Source: Thermoproteota archaeon (GTDB taxonomy: Archaea > Korarchaeota > Korarchaeia > Korarchaeales > JAOZGB01). From it: a stretch of 64,000 nucleotides of DNA. Below the pieces are notes generated by a model, which saw only the letters and a list, made by a program, of their open reading frames with translations, was not told the origin of the DNA and made no database searches. The stretch covers positions 288,001 to 352,000 of the forward strand of contig JAVCBU010000006.1 of assembly GCA_037917685.1 (NCBI GenBank). The letters are read 5' to 3'. How positions within the stretch are numbered: the stretch's first letter is position 1; every line of letters starts with the position of its first letter. Position numbers and translations under genes: made by a program. Below, in pieces: positions 9,038 to 18,577 of this stretch.

Positions 9038-10311
9038 ACTATGTTGAAAAACTTGTATGTAGATGGTGTGGTAAAGAGTATAGATTCGAAGATGGACCAT
9101 TAACCTGTAGAACGGAGGAATGTCTCGGTAGATTAGAGGTCCACTACGACTATGAGAAAATAAGTGAAAAACTCACCAGGAAAGTGATAGAAGATAGAAG
9201 GGGAAGAGGATTCATAAGATACATAGAGTTGATGCCCCTCGAATCCAATGGACCCATCATAACCCTTTACGAAGGGGCAACACCCCTGATACACGCGAAA
9301 AAACTAGGTGAAAGGATAGGGTTAAGAAATCTCTACCTAAAAGATGAGTCTAGGAATCCTACAGGATCGTTTAAAGATAGACCGATATCAGTAGGGGCGA
9401 ACCGTGGCTTGCAGCTTGGATATAAAGTCACAGTAACAGCATCAAGCGGAAATGCCGCGGCAAGCCTAGCAGCGCACTCGGCAAGAATGAGTATGGCATG
9501 TGTAGCATTTGTACCCGAACATGTATCCCCGGGTAAAGCATCCCAACTCCAACAATATGGGGCAAGGGTTATCCGAGTAAGCGGGCTGGAAAAAGGCGTA
9601 GATCCAACTGTTAAGATGATGAAAACAGCATACGAAAAATACAAGTGGTATCCCTGTCCAAGCTTCGGGCCCTTCAATCCTTACCAGTCAGAGGGAACAA
9701 AAACTATGGCTTATGAGACGGCAGAACAGCTTGGATGGCATGCTCCAGACTGGGTATTTCTACAAGTAGGAGGTGGAGGCTTACTTTTGGGCAACTGGAA
9801 AGGCTATCTAGAGCTGGAACGGCTAGGATTAACGGATAAGATCCCTCGGATAGTTGCCGTCCAGTCAATAGGTTGCATGCCAGTGGTAAGGGCGTACAAG
9901 CAGAAAATGCATCCTCACAGGATAAAGCCATGGGAAAAACCAGACACCATTGCAAGCGGTATAGAGGATCCCTACCCGTGGGACGGAGACTCTGTGCTTG
10001 AAGCGATACAGAAATCTAATGGTACAGCCGTGGAAGTGACAGATAGAGAGATAATCGAAACGTGCAAGACCCTAGCTAAGACTGAAGGGATATTTACAAC
10101 CCCGACAGGAGGGGCAGGCCTCGCTGGAATAGTAAAACTAGCTAGAGAGGGATATATAGATAAAGACGAGGTGGTTTTCGCAGCCATAACTGAGACCGGG
10201 TTGAAAGAGCCTGAAATATTCTACAAAGAGATGGGAATGCCACCTTTGATAGAGCCCAGATTGGAAATACTTGAAGACATGATCTCCAGAGGAAATTTTT
10301 TCACTAAATAG
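9034..10311 (+). CDS. PLP fold-type II enzyme, threonine synthase family (atypical)
   Basis: N-terminal Zn finger, EG.TPL, LKDE..NPTGSFKDR, ASSGNAA.S.AA, EG.KT.AYE..EQL, TIASGI. Confidence 0.8.
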   Translation: MNYVEKLVCRWCGKEYRFEDGPLTCRTEECLGRLEVHYDYEKISEKLTRKVIEDRRGRGFIRYIELMPLESNGPIITLYEGATPLIHAKKLGERIGLRNLYLKDESRNPTGSFKDRPISVGANRGLQLGYKVTVTASSGNAAASLAAHSARMSMACVAFVPEHVSPGKASQLQQYGARVIRVSGLEKGVDPTVKMMKTAYEKYKWYPCPSFGPFNPYQSEGTKTMAYETAEQLGWHAPDWVFLQVGGGGLLLGNWKGYLELERLGLTDKIPRIVAVQSIGCMPVVRAYKQKMHPHRIKPWEKPDTIASGIEDPYPWDGDSVLEAIQKSNGTAVEVTDREIIETCKTLAKTEGIFTTPTGGAGLAGIVKLAREGYIDKDEVVFAAITETGLKEPEIFYKEMGMPPLIEPRLEILEDMISRGNFFTK

Positions 10312-10339
10312 AACACGTAGGAGAAACAGGTGCTAAGAT

Positions 10340-11386
10340 ATGGAGGTTGGAATCCTCAGAGGCCGGGATTACATATCTACCCAGGAATGGAGCATAGACG
10401 AGCTTAAGAAGGTATTAGATCTAGCATTCGACCTTAAAGATAAGCAGAAGAGGCGAGTACCTCACAGGTACTTAGATGGGAAAACATTGTTTCTAATGTT
10501 CTATAATCCAAGTCTGAGGACGAGGAACAGCTTTCAGACTGGAATGTTCCAGCTTGGAGGGCAAGCGATAGACCTTTCACCAAAAGCAGTGTACAAGCCT
10601 GCCCTTGCGGGGGAGGAAATCCCCTATACGACAGAAAGAATCTCAGATGTGGCAAGGGTGTTAAGCAGATATGGGGATGGAATAGCCATAAGGATCTACG
10701 GAGAAGCTGTAAACTGGATCTACGGCAAGGGAAACCTTATAGTTAGAGAGTTTGCCCATTGGGCAGACAAGCCGGTAATAAACATGGAAGATGACATCTA
10801 CCACCCGTGCCAGGCGATGGCGGATCTCATGACAGTCATGGAGTACAAAGGGAGACTTGAAGGTCGGAAGATAGTTGTTAGCTGGGCCTATTCCGGCGGG
10901 GTAAAACCGGTTGCCGTACCGCAGAGCGCAATTCTAATATTTACAAGGTTCGGAGGCGACGTTGTACTTGCCCACCCCAAGGGTCTTGAACTGGATCCCA
11001 AAATAGTTGAACAGGCTAAGAAGAACACTGAAGAGAGTGGTGGGAGCTTTGAAATAAAATACGACATGGATGAAGCATTCGAAGGAGCGGACGTCGTCTA
11101 CCCAAAATCATGGGGCTCCTTAAAATTCATGCCGCCAAACGTACCAAAAGTTGACAAGGAAGGAATGATAAGCCTCATGAACAAATACAGAGACTGGATC
11201 ACAACCCAGGAGAAACTTGACAAATGTAGCAGAAACGTCATTTACATGCATTGCCTACCAGCCGATAGGGGGATGGAAGTTACCGACGATGTAATCGATG
11301 GACCTCACTCAGTAGTCTTCGACGAGGCAGAAAACAGGCTTCACGTCCAAAAAGCAATAATGGCCTTGATAATGGGAGGAGAGTAG
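10340..11386 (+). CDS. Carbamoyltransferase, YgeW/AOTCase-like knotted subfamily
   Basis: FYNPSLRTR.SF, HPCQ, SWAYS..VKPVAVPQ, TRFG.DVVLAHP.G, SGGSF, DVVYPKSW, MHCLPADRG, DEAENRLH; lacks the classical OTC GD..NN and SMG motifs. Confidence 0.85.
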   Translation: MEVGILRGRDYISTQEWSIDELKKVLDLAFDLKDKQKRRVPHRYLDGKTLFLMFYNPSLRTRNSFQTGMFQLGGQAIDLSPKAVYKPALAGEEIPYTTERISDVARVLSRYGDGIAIRIYGEAVNWIYGKGNLIVREFAHWADKPVINMEDDIYHPCQAMADLMTVMEYKGRLEGRKIVVSWAYSGGVKPVAVPQSAILIFTRFGGDVVLAHPKGLELDPKIVEQAKKNTEESGGSFEIKYDMDEAFEGADVVYPKSWGSLKFMPPNVPKVDKEGMISLMNKYRDWITTQEKLDKCSRNVIYMHCLPADRGMEVTDDVIDGPHSVVFDEAENRLHVQKAIMALIMGGE

Positions 11387-11452
11387 TACATACTCACGTG
11401 AACATCGATTCTACTCCCAACCTTTTATTATTTCACATCCTTCACTTATAGG

Positions 11453-12292
11453 ATGAAACCGGCAATAGGTATAATAGGGGGCAGTGGACTTTACAAGCTA
11501 CTCGAACACATGACACCCCGCAAGGTTGAGACTCCTTATGGAATTGTAAAAGTTTTTACAGGTACAATCGGCGAAACAGATATAGTTTTCCTCCCAAGAC
11601 ATGGGGAAGAACATACTGTTCCACCCTCAAAAATAAATTATAGAGGTAATATCTACGCGTTGGCAAAGCTTGGTGTTAAAAGAATTATTGCCACCAACGC
11701 CGTAGGCTCGTTAAATCCCAACATGCCCCCGGGCTGTTTAGCTCTACCCCACGACTTTATAGACTTTACCAAAAATAGAAATTATAGCTTCTTTGATGGA
11801 AAATCAAACTATAAGGTTGGAAATGTAGAAATATGGGGGGTAGCTCATGTTTCCATGACCCCACATCCCTACTGTCCAGAGCTAAGAGACGCTCTCATGA
11901 AAGCCATGTCAAAGGTCGGAGTTAAATGTTTTGCCAAGCAAGCCGTCTATGTATGTACTGAGGGAAACAGGTTTGAAACAGCAGCAGAGATCAAAGCGTT
12001 TAGGATTCTCGGCGGTGACCTAGTAGGGATGACGGGTGTTCCAGAGGTAGTACTTGCAAGGGAACTTGCACTTTGCTACGCAACCATATGTCTTGTAACC
12101 AATTTTGCAGCCGGAATAATTAGTGGAGCAAGGCTAACCCATGAAGAAGTTAAGGAGATTTTCGATAAAAATATAGAGACCGTCAGAAAAGTAATCAAGG
12201 TCGCAGCAGGAATAATACCTGAAAAGAGGAGCTGCACCTGCGGCAAGGCTTTAGAAGGAGCATATACAACCTTAAAGAAGCCTCAAAGCTAA
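11453..12292 (+). CDS. MTAP-family nucleoside phosphorylase, probably 6-oxopurine/methylthioinosine type
   Basis: GIIGGSG, PRHG..H..PP..INYR, AVGSL, EG.RFET.AE, VGMT..PE..LARE; VTNFAAG instead of the VTDYD of adenine-specific MTAP. Confidence 0.85.
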   Translation: MKPAIGIIGGSGLYKLLEHMTPRKVETPYGIVKVFTGTIGETDIVFLPRHGEEHTVPPSKINYRGNIYALAKLGVKRIIATNAVGSLNPNMPPGCLALPHDFIDFTKNRNYSFFDGKSNYKVGNVEIWGVAHVSMTPHPYCPELRDALMKAMSKVGVKCFAKQAVYVCTEGNRFETAAEIKAFRILGGDLVGMTGVPEVVLARELALCYATICLVTNFAAGIISGARLTHEEVKEIFDKNIETVRKVIKVAAGIIPEKRSCTCGKALEGAYTTLKKPQS

Positions 12293-13204
12293 ATCCTTAA
12301 ACCCCTGCTTGTCGAGAAACATGGACAGGAGATCCTTGTCAGGTATTCCTGCCCATCCCCCTATCTTCCTAATTTTAAGGGATGCCATCGCATTGCCAAG
12401 AATACAGCACTCTTCAATACTTAATCCTCTTAGTATCCCATATGTAAAGGCTGACGCAAAGGCGTCTCCAGCACCAGTAGTATCAATCGGCTCCGTTTTA
12501 AAAGCGCTTACTTCCCATGCATCGTCCCCGTCAGATGCTATTACACCTTGTTCTCCAAGCTTTACACAGACTATGGCATTTAATTTTTTGGCTAGCTTCA
12601 TAACAGTTTCCACATTAGGCTTACATTTACAGAGCCTTCCAAACTCCACAGAGTTAAGGTATAGTAAATCTACATTCTCTAATAGCTTGAGGGCCGACCG
12701 ATGGCTTAATGCCTTCAAACCTGGATCCATACTTAACAGACTATCCGTCTGTGTCCTGTAACTACATGCAGACTCAAACAAGTTTAGCCCTATACTTGAG
12801 AGGTGGTATATTAGAGCCCTCCCTACAATTCTAGAGTCTACCTCAATTCTTTCCAGGAAACTATTTGCCCCTCTATAGGAGTAAAGAGCGTGAGCCCCAT
12901 CCATAGAATTTATGGAGATGGCCCTGCCGGTATTAAACCCCTCGGCTACCCTGACCATGGAAACATCTATTCCCTCTCTCTTCATTTCATTGAGTATCCA
13001 CCTCCCATACTCATCATCCCCTATAAAACCAGCAAATGAAACATCTACGCCAAGTCTTGCTAGTCCAACTGAATAGTTAGACGCGCTTCCTCCAGGCATC
13101 TGGTATAACTCTATTATTTCAGCTTTCTCATCCACCCCGGCAAAACGGTCGACAAGAAGTATAAAGTCTAAGTTAATATTTCCAATAGCTACTACTTCAG
13201 CCAT
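12272..13204 (-). CDS. PfkB/ribokinase-family kinase
   Basis: G.INLD, PGGSASN..VGLARLG, IGDD.YG, DTTGAGDAF. Confidence 0.9.
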   Translation of the reverse strand: MAEVVAIGNINLDFILLVDRFAGVDEKAEIIELYQMPGGSASNYSVGLARLGVDVSFAGFIGDDEYGRWILNEMKREGIDVSMVRVAEGFNTGRAISINSMDGAHALYSYRGANSFLERIEVDSRIVGRALIYHLSSIGLNLFESACSYRTQTDSLLSMDPGLKALSHRSALKLLENVDLLYLNSVEFGRLCKCKPNVETVMKLAKKLNAIVCVKLGEQGVIASDGDDAWEVSAFKTEPIDTTGAGDAFASAFTYGILRGLSIEECCILGNAMASLKIRKIGGWAGIPDKDLLSMFLDKQGFKDLALRLL

Positions 13205-13234
13205 GTTATTCAACCGCATCCATCATATTTCATC

Positions 13235-14998
13235 TCACGGATTATCCTCTATTATCGGGTTCACAATCCTACTTTCTAGGACGTTCACGAGTCCCTTTAC
13301 TGTAATCTTAAGTTTAGGTATCACTGGCAAGCATAGAAAGCTTAAGGTCATGAGCGGCTCTCTCAGTCTCGTCCCAAGCATTTCAGCAGCCTCCTTGATA
13401 CTCTCAATCTGCGTTATAACTTCATCTGCCGGCCTATCGGAGACTATCCCTGCTATCGGGAGGGGCATTTTAGCTTTTACCTCCCCCTCTACCACAACAC
13501 ATATCCCGCCCCCCATCTTGTGCACTTCATTAACAGCGTGAGCTATTTCTACATCTTCGACTCCTACTACCACAATATTGTGGCTATCATGAGAAACAGT
13601 TGATGCTATGGCTCCGTGTTCTATACCAAAACCCTTTACGAAGCCAAGTCCAATTTCTCCTGTCCCTTTATGTCTTTCGATGACAGCAATTCTAACAATA
13701 TCTCTTTCAAGATCAGGCTGTATGACGCCATCTACTACATGCAGTTTTTCATGATATGCCTCGGTATAAATGGAGCCATCTATAGCACCTATAACCCTGA
13801 CTCTAACTTCACCATCTACACTGTATCTTAGTTGAAAATCTTCTGGAAACACCATCCTCTTAAGTCTAACAGTATTTATAGCGTACTCAGGGTATTCCAT
13901 TCCTTCAACTTTAGCTACCAGTTTCCCATTGTTTACCACGAGTTCTCCATTGAAAAATACCTTCTCAACTTCTACCTTTTCCAGACTACTCAGGAGGACA
14001 ATGTCAGCGTACTTTCCAGGCGCTATCGCCCCCAAGTCTTTAGAAAGCCCAAATCTTTCAGCAATGTTAATCGTAGCCATCTGAACCGCCTTAACAGGAT
14101 CTAAACCCATTTCAATGGCAATTCTAATTATGTCATCCATATGTCCCTCCTTCTTTAGCTCCTCAATGTTTCTGTCATCTGTCACAAAGACGCATTTTCG
14201 AGTGTCAAGCTTCCTCTCAATTATTGGTTTTAATAAGACTCTGAGATCCTTGGTAAGCGATCCCTCTCTTATCATAAGATAAAATCCTTGTCTAATCCTT
14301 TCCACAGCCTCCTCAGGAGTTGTTGCCTCATGGTCTGAGTCTATACCTGCACATCTATAGGCACATAGCCTACCACCAAGTAGGCCGGGTGCATGCCCGT
14401 CAATAACTCCCCCCATCCTTTCAACAGCCATGATCTTATCCAAGACTTCTTTTTTCCGGTTGATTACTCCAGGGAAATCCATGACTTCCGCGAGGCCTAC
14501 CACAGAGTTGTCTAGCAATAGTTCCATAATGTCCTTTGGACCTATCTCAGCCCCTGATGCATCTAAACCCTTGACTGCCGGGACACATGATGGTACAAGG
14601 ATGAAAAGTCTAAGGGGTATCCTCTTTCCCTCCTCTATGAAAAGTCTAATACCCTTTACACCCAGCACATTTGCTATTTCATGAGGATCAGCAAATATAG
14701 CAGTTGTCCCATGTGGTAGAACCGCCTTGCAATACTCTGAAGGTCTAACATAGCTACTCTCAATATGTAGATGCCCATCCATAAAACCTGGTGTTGCATA
14801 TAACCCTTCAGCATAGATCTCTCTAGTAGCCTTATAGCCATCAAGGTCTCCCACGCATGCGATTCTCCCTCTAAATACCCCTATTGAAGCCTTATATATC
14901 TCGCCAGAATAGACATTAACTAGCTTAACGTTTCTTATAATCACATCTAAAGGCACCGTACCTAAAGCTGAAGCTATCAAGTCATTCATTATATACAC
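13235..14998 (-). CDS. ade: Adenine deaminase
   Basis: PGFMDGHLHIESS, DPHEIANV.G, SCVP, LAEVMD, DGHAP, SDHE, IREGS, VTDD, SHDSHN, L.L.VIP.LKIT; 587 aa. Confidence 0.92.
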   Translation of the reverse strand: MYIMNDLIASALGTVPLDVIIRNVKLVNVYSGEIYKASIGVFRGRIACVGDLDGYKATREIYAEGLYATPGFMDGHLHIESSYVRPSEYCKAVLPHGTTAIFADPHEIANVLGVKGIRLFIEEGKRIPLRLFILVPSCVPAVKGLDASGAEIGPKDIMELLLDNSVVGLAEVMDFPGVINRKKEVLDKIMAVERMGGVIDGHAPGLLGGRLCAYRCAGIDSDHEATTPEEAVERIRQGFYLMIREGSLTKDLRVLLKPIIERKLDTRKCVFVTDDRNIEELKKEGHMDDIIRIAIEMGLDPVKAVQMATINIAERFGLSKDLGAIAPGKYADIVLLSSLEKVEVEKVFFNGELVVNNGKLVAKVEGMEYPEYAINTVRLKRMVFPEDFQLRYSVDGEVRVRVIGAIDGSIYTEAYHEKLHVVDGVIQPDLERDIVRIAVIERHKGTGEIGLGFVKGFGIEHGAIASTVSHDSHNIVVVGVEDVEIAHAVNEVHKMGGGICVVVEGEVKAKMPLPIAGIVSDRPADEVITQIESIKEAAEMLGTRLREPLMTLSFLCLPVIPKLKITVKGLVNVLESRIVNPIIEDNP

Positions 14999-15001
14999 CT
15001 T

Positions 15002-16351
15002 CTAACTTTCACTCTGGAGAGAGGATAGATGACTTAAAGCTTTTATAGCCCTCTCAGGAGTTGGAAAGACAGGTATGCCATATTTTCTAAACTTCTCCAG
15101 CTCCTTTGCCTGAACATCTCCTCCACCCAGGAAAACAGGGATTACTATCCTGTCATATCTGTCTATAACTTCCTTCGTAATCTCTGCTGCTCCAACTATA
15201 GGATCGCCAAATATAAATATGTACATTCCAAAGCCATCCTTAACAGTCGCTTCAACAACTGTTTTATATTGCTCAGCCATGGCGCTGCCAGTAAGATCTA
15301 AGGGATTCCCTATGATGCAGTATGATGGAAGAGCCTGCCTAAGCCTTTCCATAGACTCCTCTGATAAAACGGCTTGTTTTAAACCAGCTTCCTCCAACAT
15401 GTCGGCTGCAAGAATCCCAGCTCCACCAGAACTAGTAACTATGAGTATCTGGTTATTTACGAGGGATTTGTAATACGAGAGAAGTTTAGCCGTATCATAG
15501 AACTCTTCAAGGGACTCGACACTCACAGCTCCACATTGCTTTAATGCAGCTTCAAAAACTACGCTTGAACCAGCCAGCGCTCCTGTATGGCTTGAAACAG
15601 CTTTGGCGCCCCATTCCGTCCGCCCAGACTTCAAAATGACAACAGGCTTACTCATAACGCATCTCCTTAATGCTTCCATAAACCTCCTACCATCTTTTGT
15701 GCCTTCCAGGTATAATGCTACAACCTTCGTCTCATCATCTGAGGCTAGGTAGCTAAGCATGTCAATCTCATCCACATCAGCCTTGTTCCCAAGAGCTACG
15801 AATTTACTTAACCCTATACCATCTTCTTCAAGCATCATTTCCATAAAAGCCCCAACTGTACCACTCTGAGAGACAACAGCGACGCAGCCCTTGGTTTTTA
15901 TTAGAGGCCAGCTTGCACACAGGCCAATGTGTGGGTTATTTACCCCTTGGCAGTTAGGACCAACCATTCTCATCCCGCTTTCCCTAACTACGCTGACAAG
16001 CTCTTCCTCCAAGGTTTTACCTTCCTCTCCGGACTCTCTAAATCCCCCTGAAATTACCACTACACCCTTAACACCCTTTTCAGCAGCTTCTCTGATCGAG
16101 CCTGGGATGAACCTTGCGGGAATAACATACACTGCAAGGTCGACTTCCCCAGGAATTTCGCCTATAGACTTGTACACCTTTAGTCCAAGTATTTCGCCGC
16201 CTTTAGGGTTAACTGGATATATTTCTCCCCTGAACCCTGCACTTAAAATATTTCTAAGTATTACATATCCAAGCTTTCTTTCGTCAGCAGAGGCTCCTAT
16301 AACTGCTACGGATCTAGGGTTAAATATAGCCTCCAAGCCCACCATAATCAT
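15002..16351 (-). CDS. acdA: Acetate/acyl-CoA ligase (ADP-forming) alpha subunit
   Basis: FNPRSVAVIGAS, ISGGF.E.G, GPNC.G, SQSG, GNKAD, SHTGALAG (phospho-His), NPLDL. Confidence 0.88.
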   Translation of the reverse strand: MIMVGLEAIFNPRSVAVIGASADERKLGYVILRNILSAGFRGEIYPVNPKGGEILGLKVYKSIGEIPGEVDLAVYVIPARFIPGSIREAAEKGVKGVVVISGGFRESGEEGKTLEEELVSVVRESGMRMVGPNCQGVNNPHIGLCASWPLIKTKGCVAVVSQSGTVGAFMEMMLEEDGIGLSKFVALGNKADVDEIDMLSYLASDDETKVVALYLEGTKDGRRFMEALRRCVMSKPVVILKSGRTEWGAKAVSSHTGALAGSSVVFEAALKQCGAVSVESLEEFYDTAKLLSYYKSLVNNQILIVTSSGGAGILAADMLEEAGLKQAVLSEESMERLRQALPSYCIIGNPLDLTGSAMAEQYKTVVEATVKDGFGMYIFIFGDPIVGAAEITKEVIDRYDRIVIPVFLGGGDVQAKELEKFRKYGIPVFPTPERAIKALSHLSSLQSES

Positions 16352-16424
16352 CGCCTTAACAATACTAACGGATTGTTTAGATTTTTAATATAATGAGTAG
16401 TATCAGGATGGGAGGTGCCTAAGC

Positions 16425-17756
16425 TTGAGGCGTCCCAAAATACTTGTAACACCACCTGGACCGAAGGCAAGGGAGATAATAGAAAGAGATGAGAGAATGC
16501 TGTCACCCTCGCTCACAAGGACGGCTCCGCTTGTAGGAGTAGAAGCTGAGGGATGCTGGATAAAAGACATAGACGGGAACGAGTACCTAGACTTCGGATC
16601 AGGCATTGCGGTGACTAATGTAGGCCATAGGCATCCAAAAGTTGTGGAAACAATCAAAAGAGAGGCTGAAAAGCTTATATTCGTAAACAGCTGCGATTTC
16701 CACACTGTCCCCCAAGTTGAACTTGCGGAGAGACTTTTCAAAATTACCCCTGGAAACTTCAAAAAAAGAGTTTTCTACACAAATAGTGGCACAGAAGCTG
16801 TCGAATGCGCGATAAAGATTGCAAAATACAAGAGGAGAGGGTACTACTTCATAGGATTCATAGGAGGCTTCCACGGGAGAACCATGGGAAGCCTACAGTT
16901 CACCACGACATCAACTGTCGCAAGGCATAGATTCCAGCCAATGATGCCAGGAGTAATCCATGTACCCTACGCATACTGCTACAGATGCCCCTTCAAACTC
17001 GAATACCCTGAATGTGGAACATGGTGTATAGACTACATAGAAGAAGTGATACTTGAGAAGGTAGCCCCCCCAGACGAGGTTTCAGCAGTAATATTCGAGC
17101 CAATCCAAGGGGCAGGCGGCTACATAGATCCACCTCCAGAATTCATAAGAGGCTTAAGGAAAATAGCGGACGAATACGGCATAATCCTCGTAGACGACGA
17201 AATACAGTCAGGAATGGGGAGAACTGGGAAGTGGTGGGCAATAGAACACTACAACACCGAACCAGACATAATACTTATATCAAAAGCATTGGCGGCAGGC
17301 CTCCCAGCTGGGGCATGCGTTTCCAAAGCCGAGCTGATGGACTGGGCCCCGGGAGCCCATGAGAACACCCTCGGCGGGAATCCAATAATAATGTCGGTTG
17401 CACTAACAGTCCTAGACATCATAGAGGAGGAAAAGCTCCTAGATAACGCGGCTGAAATGGGAAACTACATGAAGAAGAGGCTCAAAGAGATAATGGAGAA
17501 GCACGAGCTTATAGGAGACGTAAGAGGCAAGGGACTAATGATAGGCGTCGAATTTGTGAAGGACAGAAGGACAAAGGAGCCGGCAAGGAACGAGAGAAAC
17601 GCGATAATAAAGAAAGCCTTCAAGAAAGGCCTAATACTTCTAGGCGCCGGAAAATCAAGCCTAAGAATAGCCCCACCGCTAACCATAACACCAGAAGAGA
17701 TAGACGTAGGCCTAGAAATACTAGAAGACACTATAAAAGACATAGAAAGAGGCTAA
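16425..17756 (+). CDS. Class III PLP aminotransferase (GabT/ornithine AT-like)
   Basis: DIDGN.YLDF.SGIAV.N.GH, NSGTEA.E.A.K, FHGRT, EPIQG.GG, DEIQSG.GRTG, SKAL..G.P, TLGGNP, LRIAPPL. Confidence 0.9.
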   Translation: MRRPKILVTPPGPKAREIIERDERMLSPSLTRTAPLVGVEAEGCWIKDIDGNEYLDFGSGIAVTNVGHRHPKVVETIKREAEKLIFVNSCDFHTVPQVELAERLFKITPGNFKKRVFYTNSGTEAVECAIKIAKYKRRGYYFIGFIGGFHGRTMGSLQFTTTSTVARHRFQPMMPGVIHVPYAYCYRCPFKLEYPECGTWCIDYIEEVILEKVAPPDEVSAVIFEPIQGAGGYIDPPPEFIRGLRKIADEYGIILVDDEIQSGMGRTGKWWAIEHYNTEPDIILISKALAAGLPAGACVSKAELMDWAPGAHENTLGGNPIIMSVALTVLDIIEEEKLLDNAAEMGNYMKKRLKEIMEKHELIGDVRGKGLMIGVEFVKDRRTKEPARNERNAIIKKAFKKGLILLGAGKSSLRIAPPLTITPEEIDVGLEILEDTIKDIERG

Positions 17757-17989
17757 CTGTTATCCACCCGATTCTTTGGCAATAGTAAGCTGTAGGATCA
17801 AGTACACCTCCGCAGTTTAGAACTGGATCGCTAACACAAGTCGTCAACCCTAACCATGCTACTCTTTCTTCTCTGATCCTAACTGAAATCAAAAAAGACG
17901 AATTCGCCGCCTCATTAATCCTTGCAGCCCTAACACATCTCCACAGCCGAAGACTAATCTCCTTCAGCGAAAGAGAAAGAAAAGTACTA

Positions 17990-18394
17990 ATGGGCCTAAG
18001 AAAGATCCAAGAACTCACAGTAACATCAATAAGCCACCATGAAACACATGGTTTAGAAGGCGCAATTAACAGGTATGCAGCCTTACAGGGAAACCCATCT
18101 CTAAAAGACCTCGTTGAGTACATAGCCGGAGGAAGCTCACCTGACCCATTCGAACCCGTCCTAACACACGTAAAGCAGGGACTAACTCGAAAAGGACTCG
18201 CCTACAGAAAAGGCAGAATAATAAAGAAGTACAAAATAAACTGCGAAAAAGCTCTCCCACTAGCCCTACATAACTATGTTGCAAAAATCAAAAACTCAAT
18301 GGAAACACTAAAACTCAAAATACCAAGCCTATACTCGACAATCTACAACACATTATGCCTCCTCATAGAAACCTCAGACTCAGGGCCGGATTAG
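17990..18394 (+). CDS. Hypothetical protein (frame open upstream to ~17789 with no ATG/GTG/TTG; possibly 5'-damaged)
   Basis: ORF track plus in-frame upstream extension IKKDEFAASLILAALTHLHSRRLISF. Confidence 0.45.
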   Translation: MGLRKIQELTVTSISHHETHGLEGAINRYAALQGNPSLKDLVEYIAGGSSPDPFEPVLTHVKQGLTRKGLAYRKGRIIKKYKINCEKALPLALHNYVAKIKNSMETLKLKIPSLYSTIYNTLCLLIETSDSGPD

Positions 18395-18577
18395 CAAACA
18401 ACAGGCCGAAAACACCAGCCCCTTAAGACTATACAAATGACCCTCTAGGTATAAACATCCGGGCTCGACGTGAATACCCCATATCGAGCTGGGCATCGAG
18501 ACGTCTTATGGTACTTCCAGCCCTGGCTGGAACTGAAGCTCCCCTGTATGCAGGCCTAACCATCCCTACAATGTCTC

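Noticed and set aside
10340-11386. Calling this gene argF/arcB (ornithine carbamoyltransferase)
   Set aside because: OTC-specific GD..NN and D.W.SMG motifs are absent and no arginine-pathway genes are adjacent
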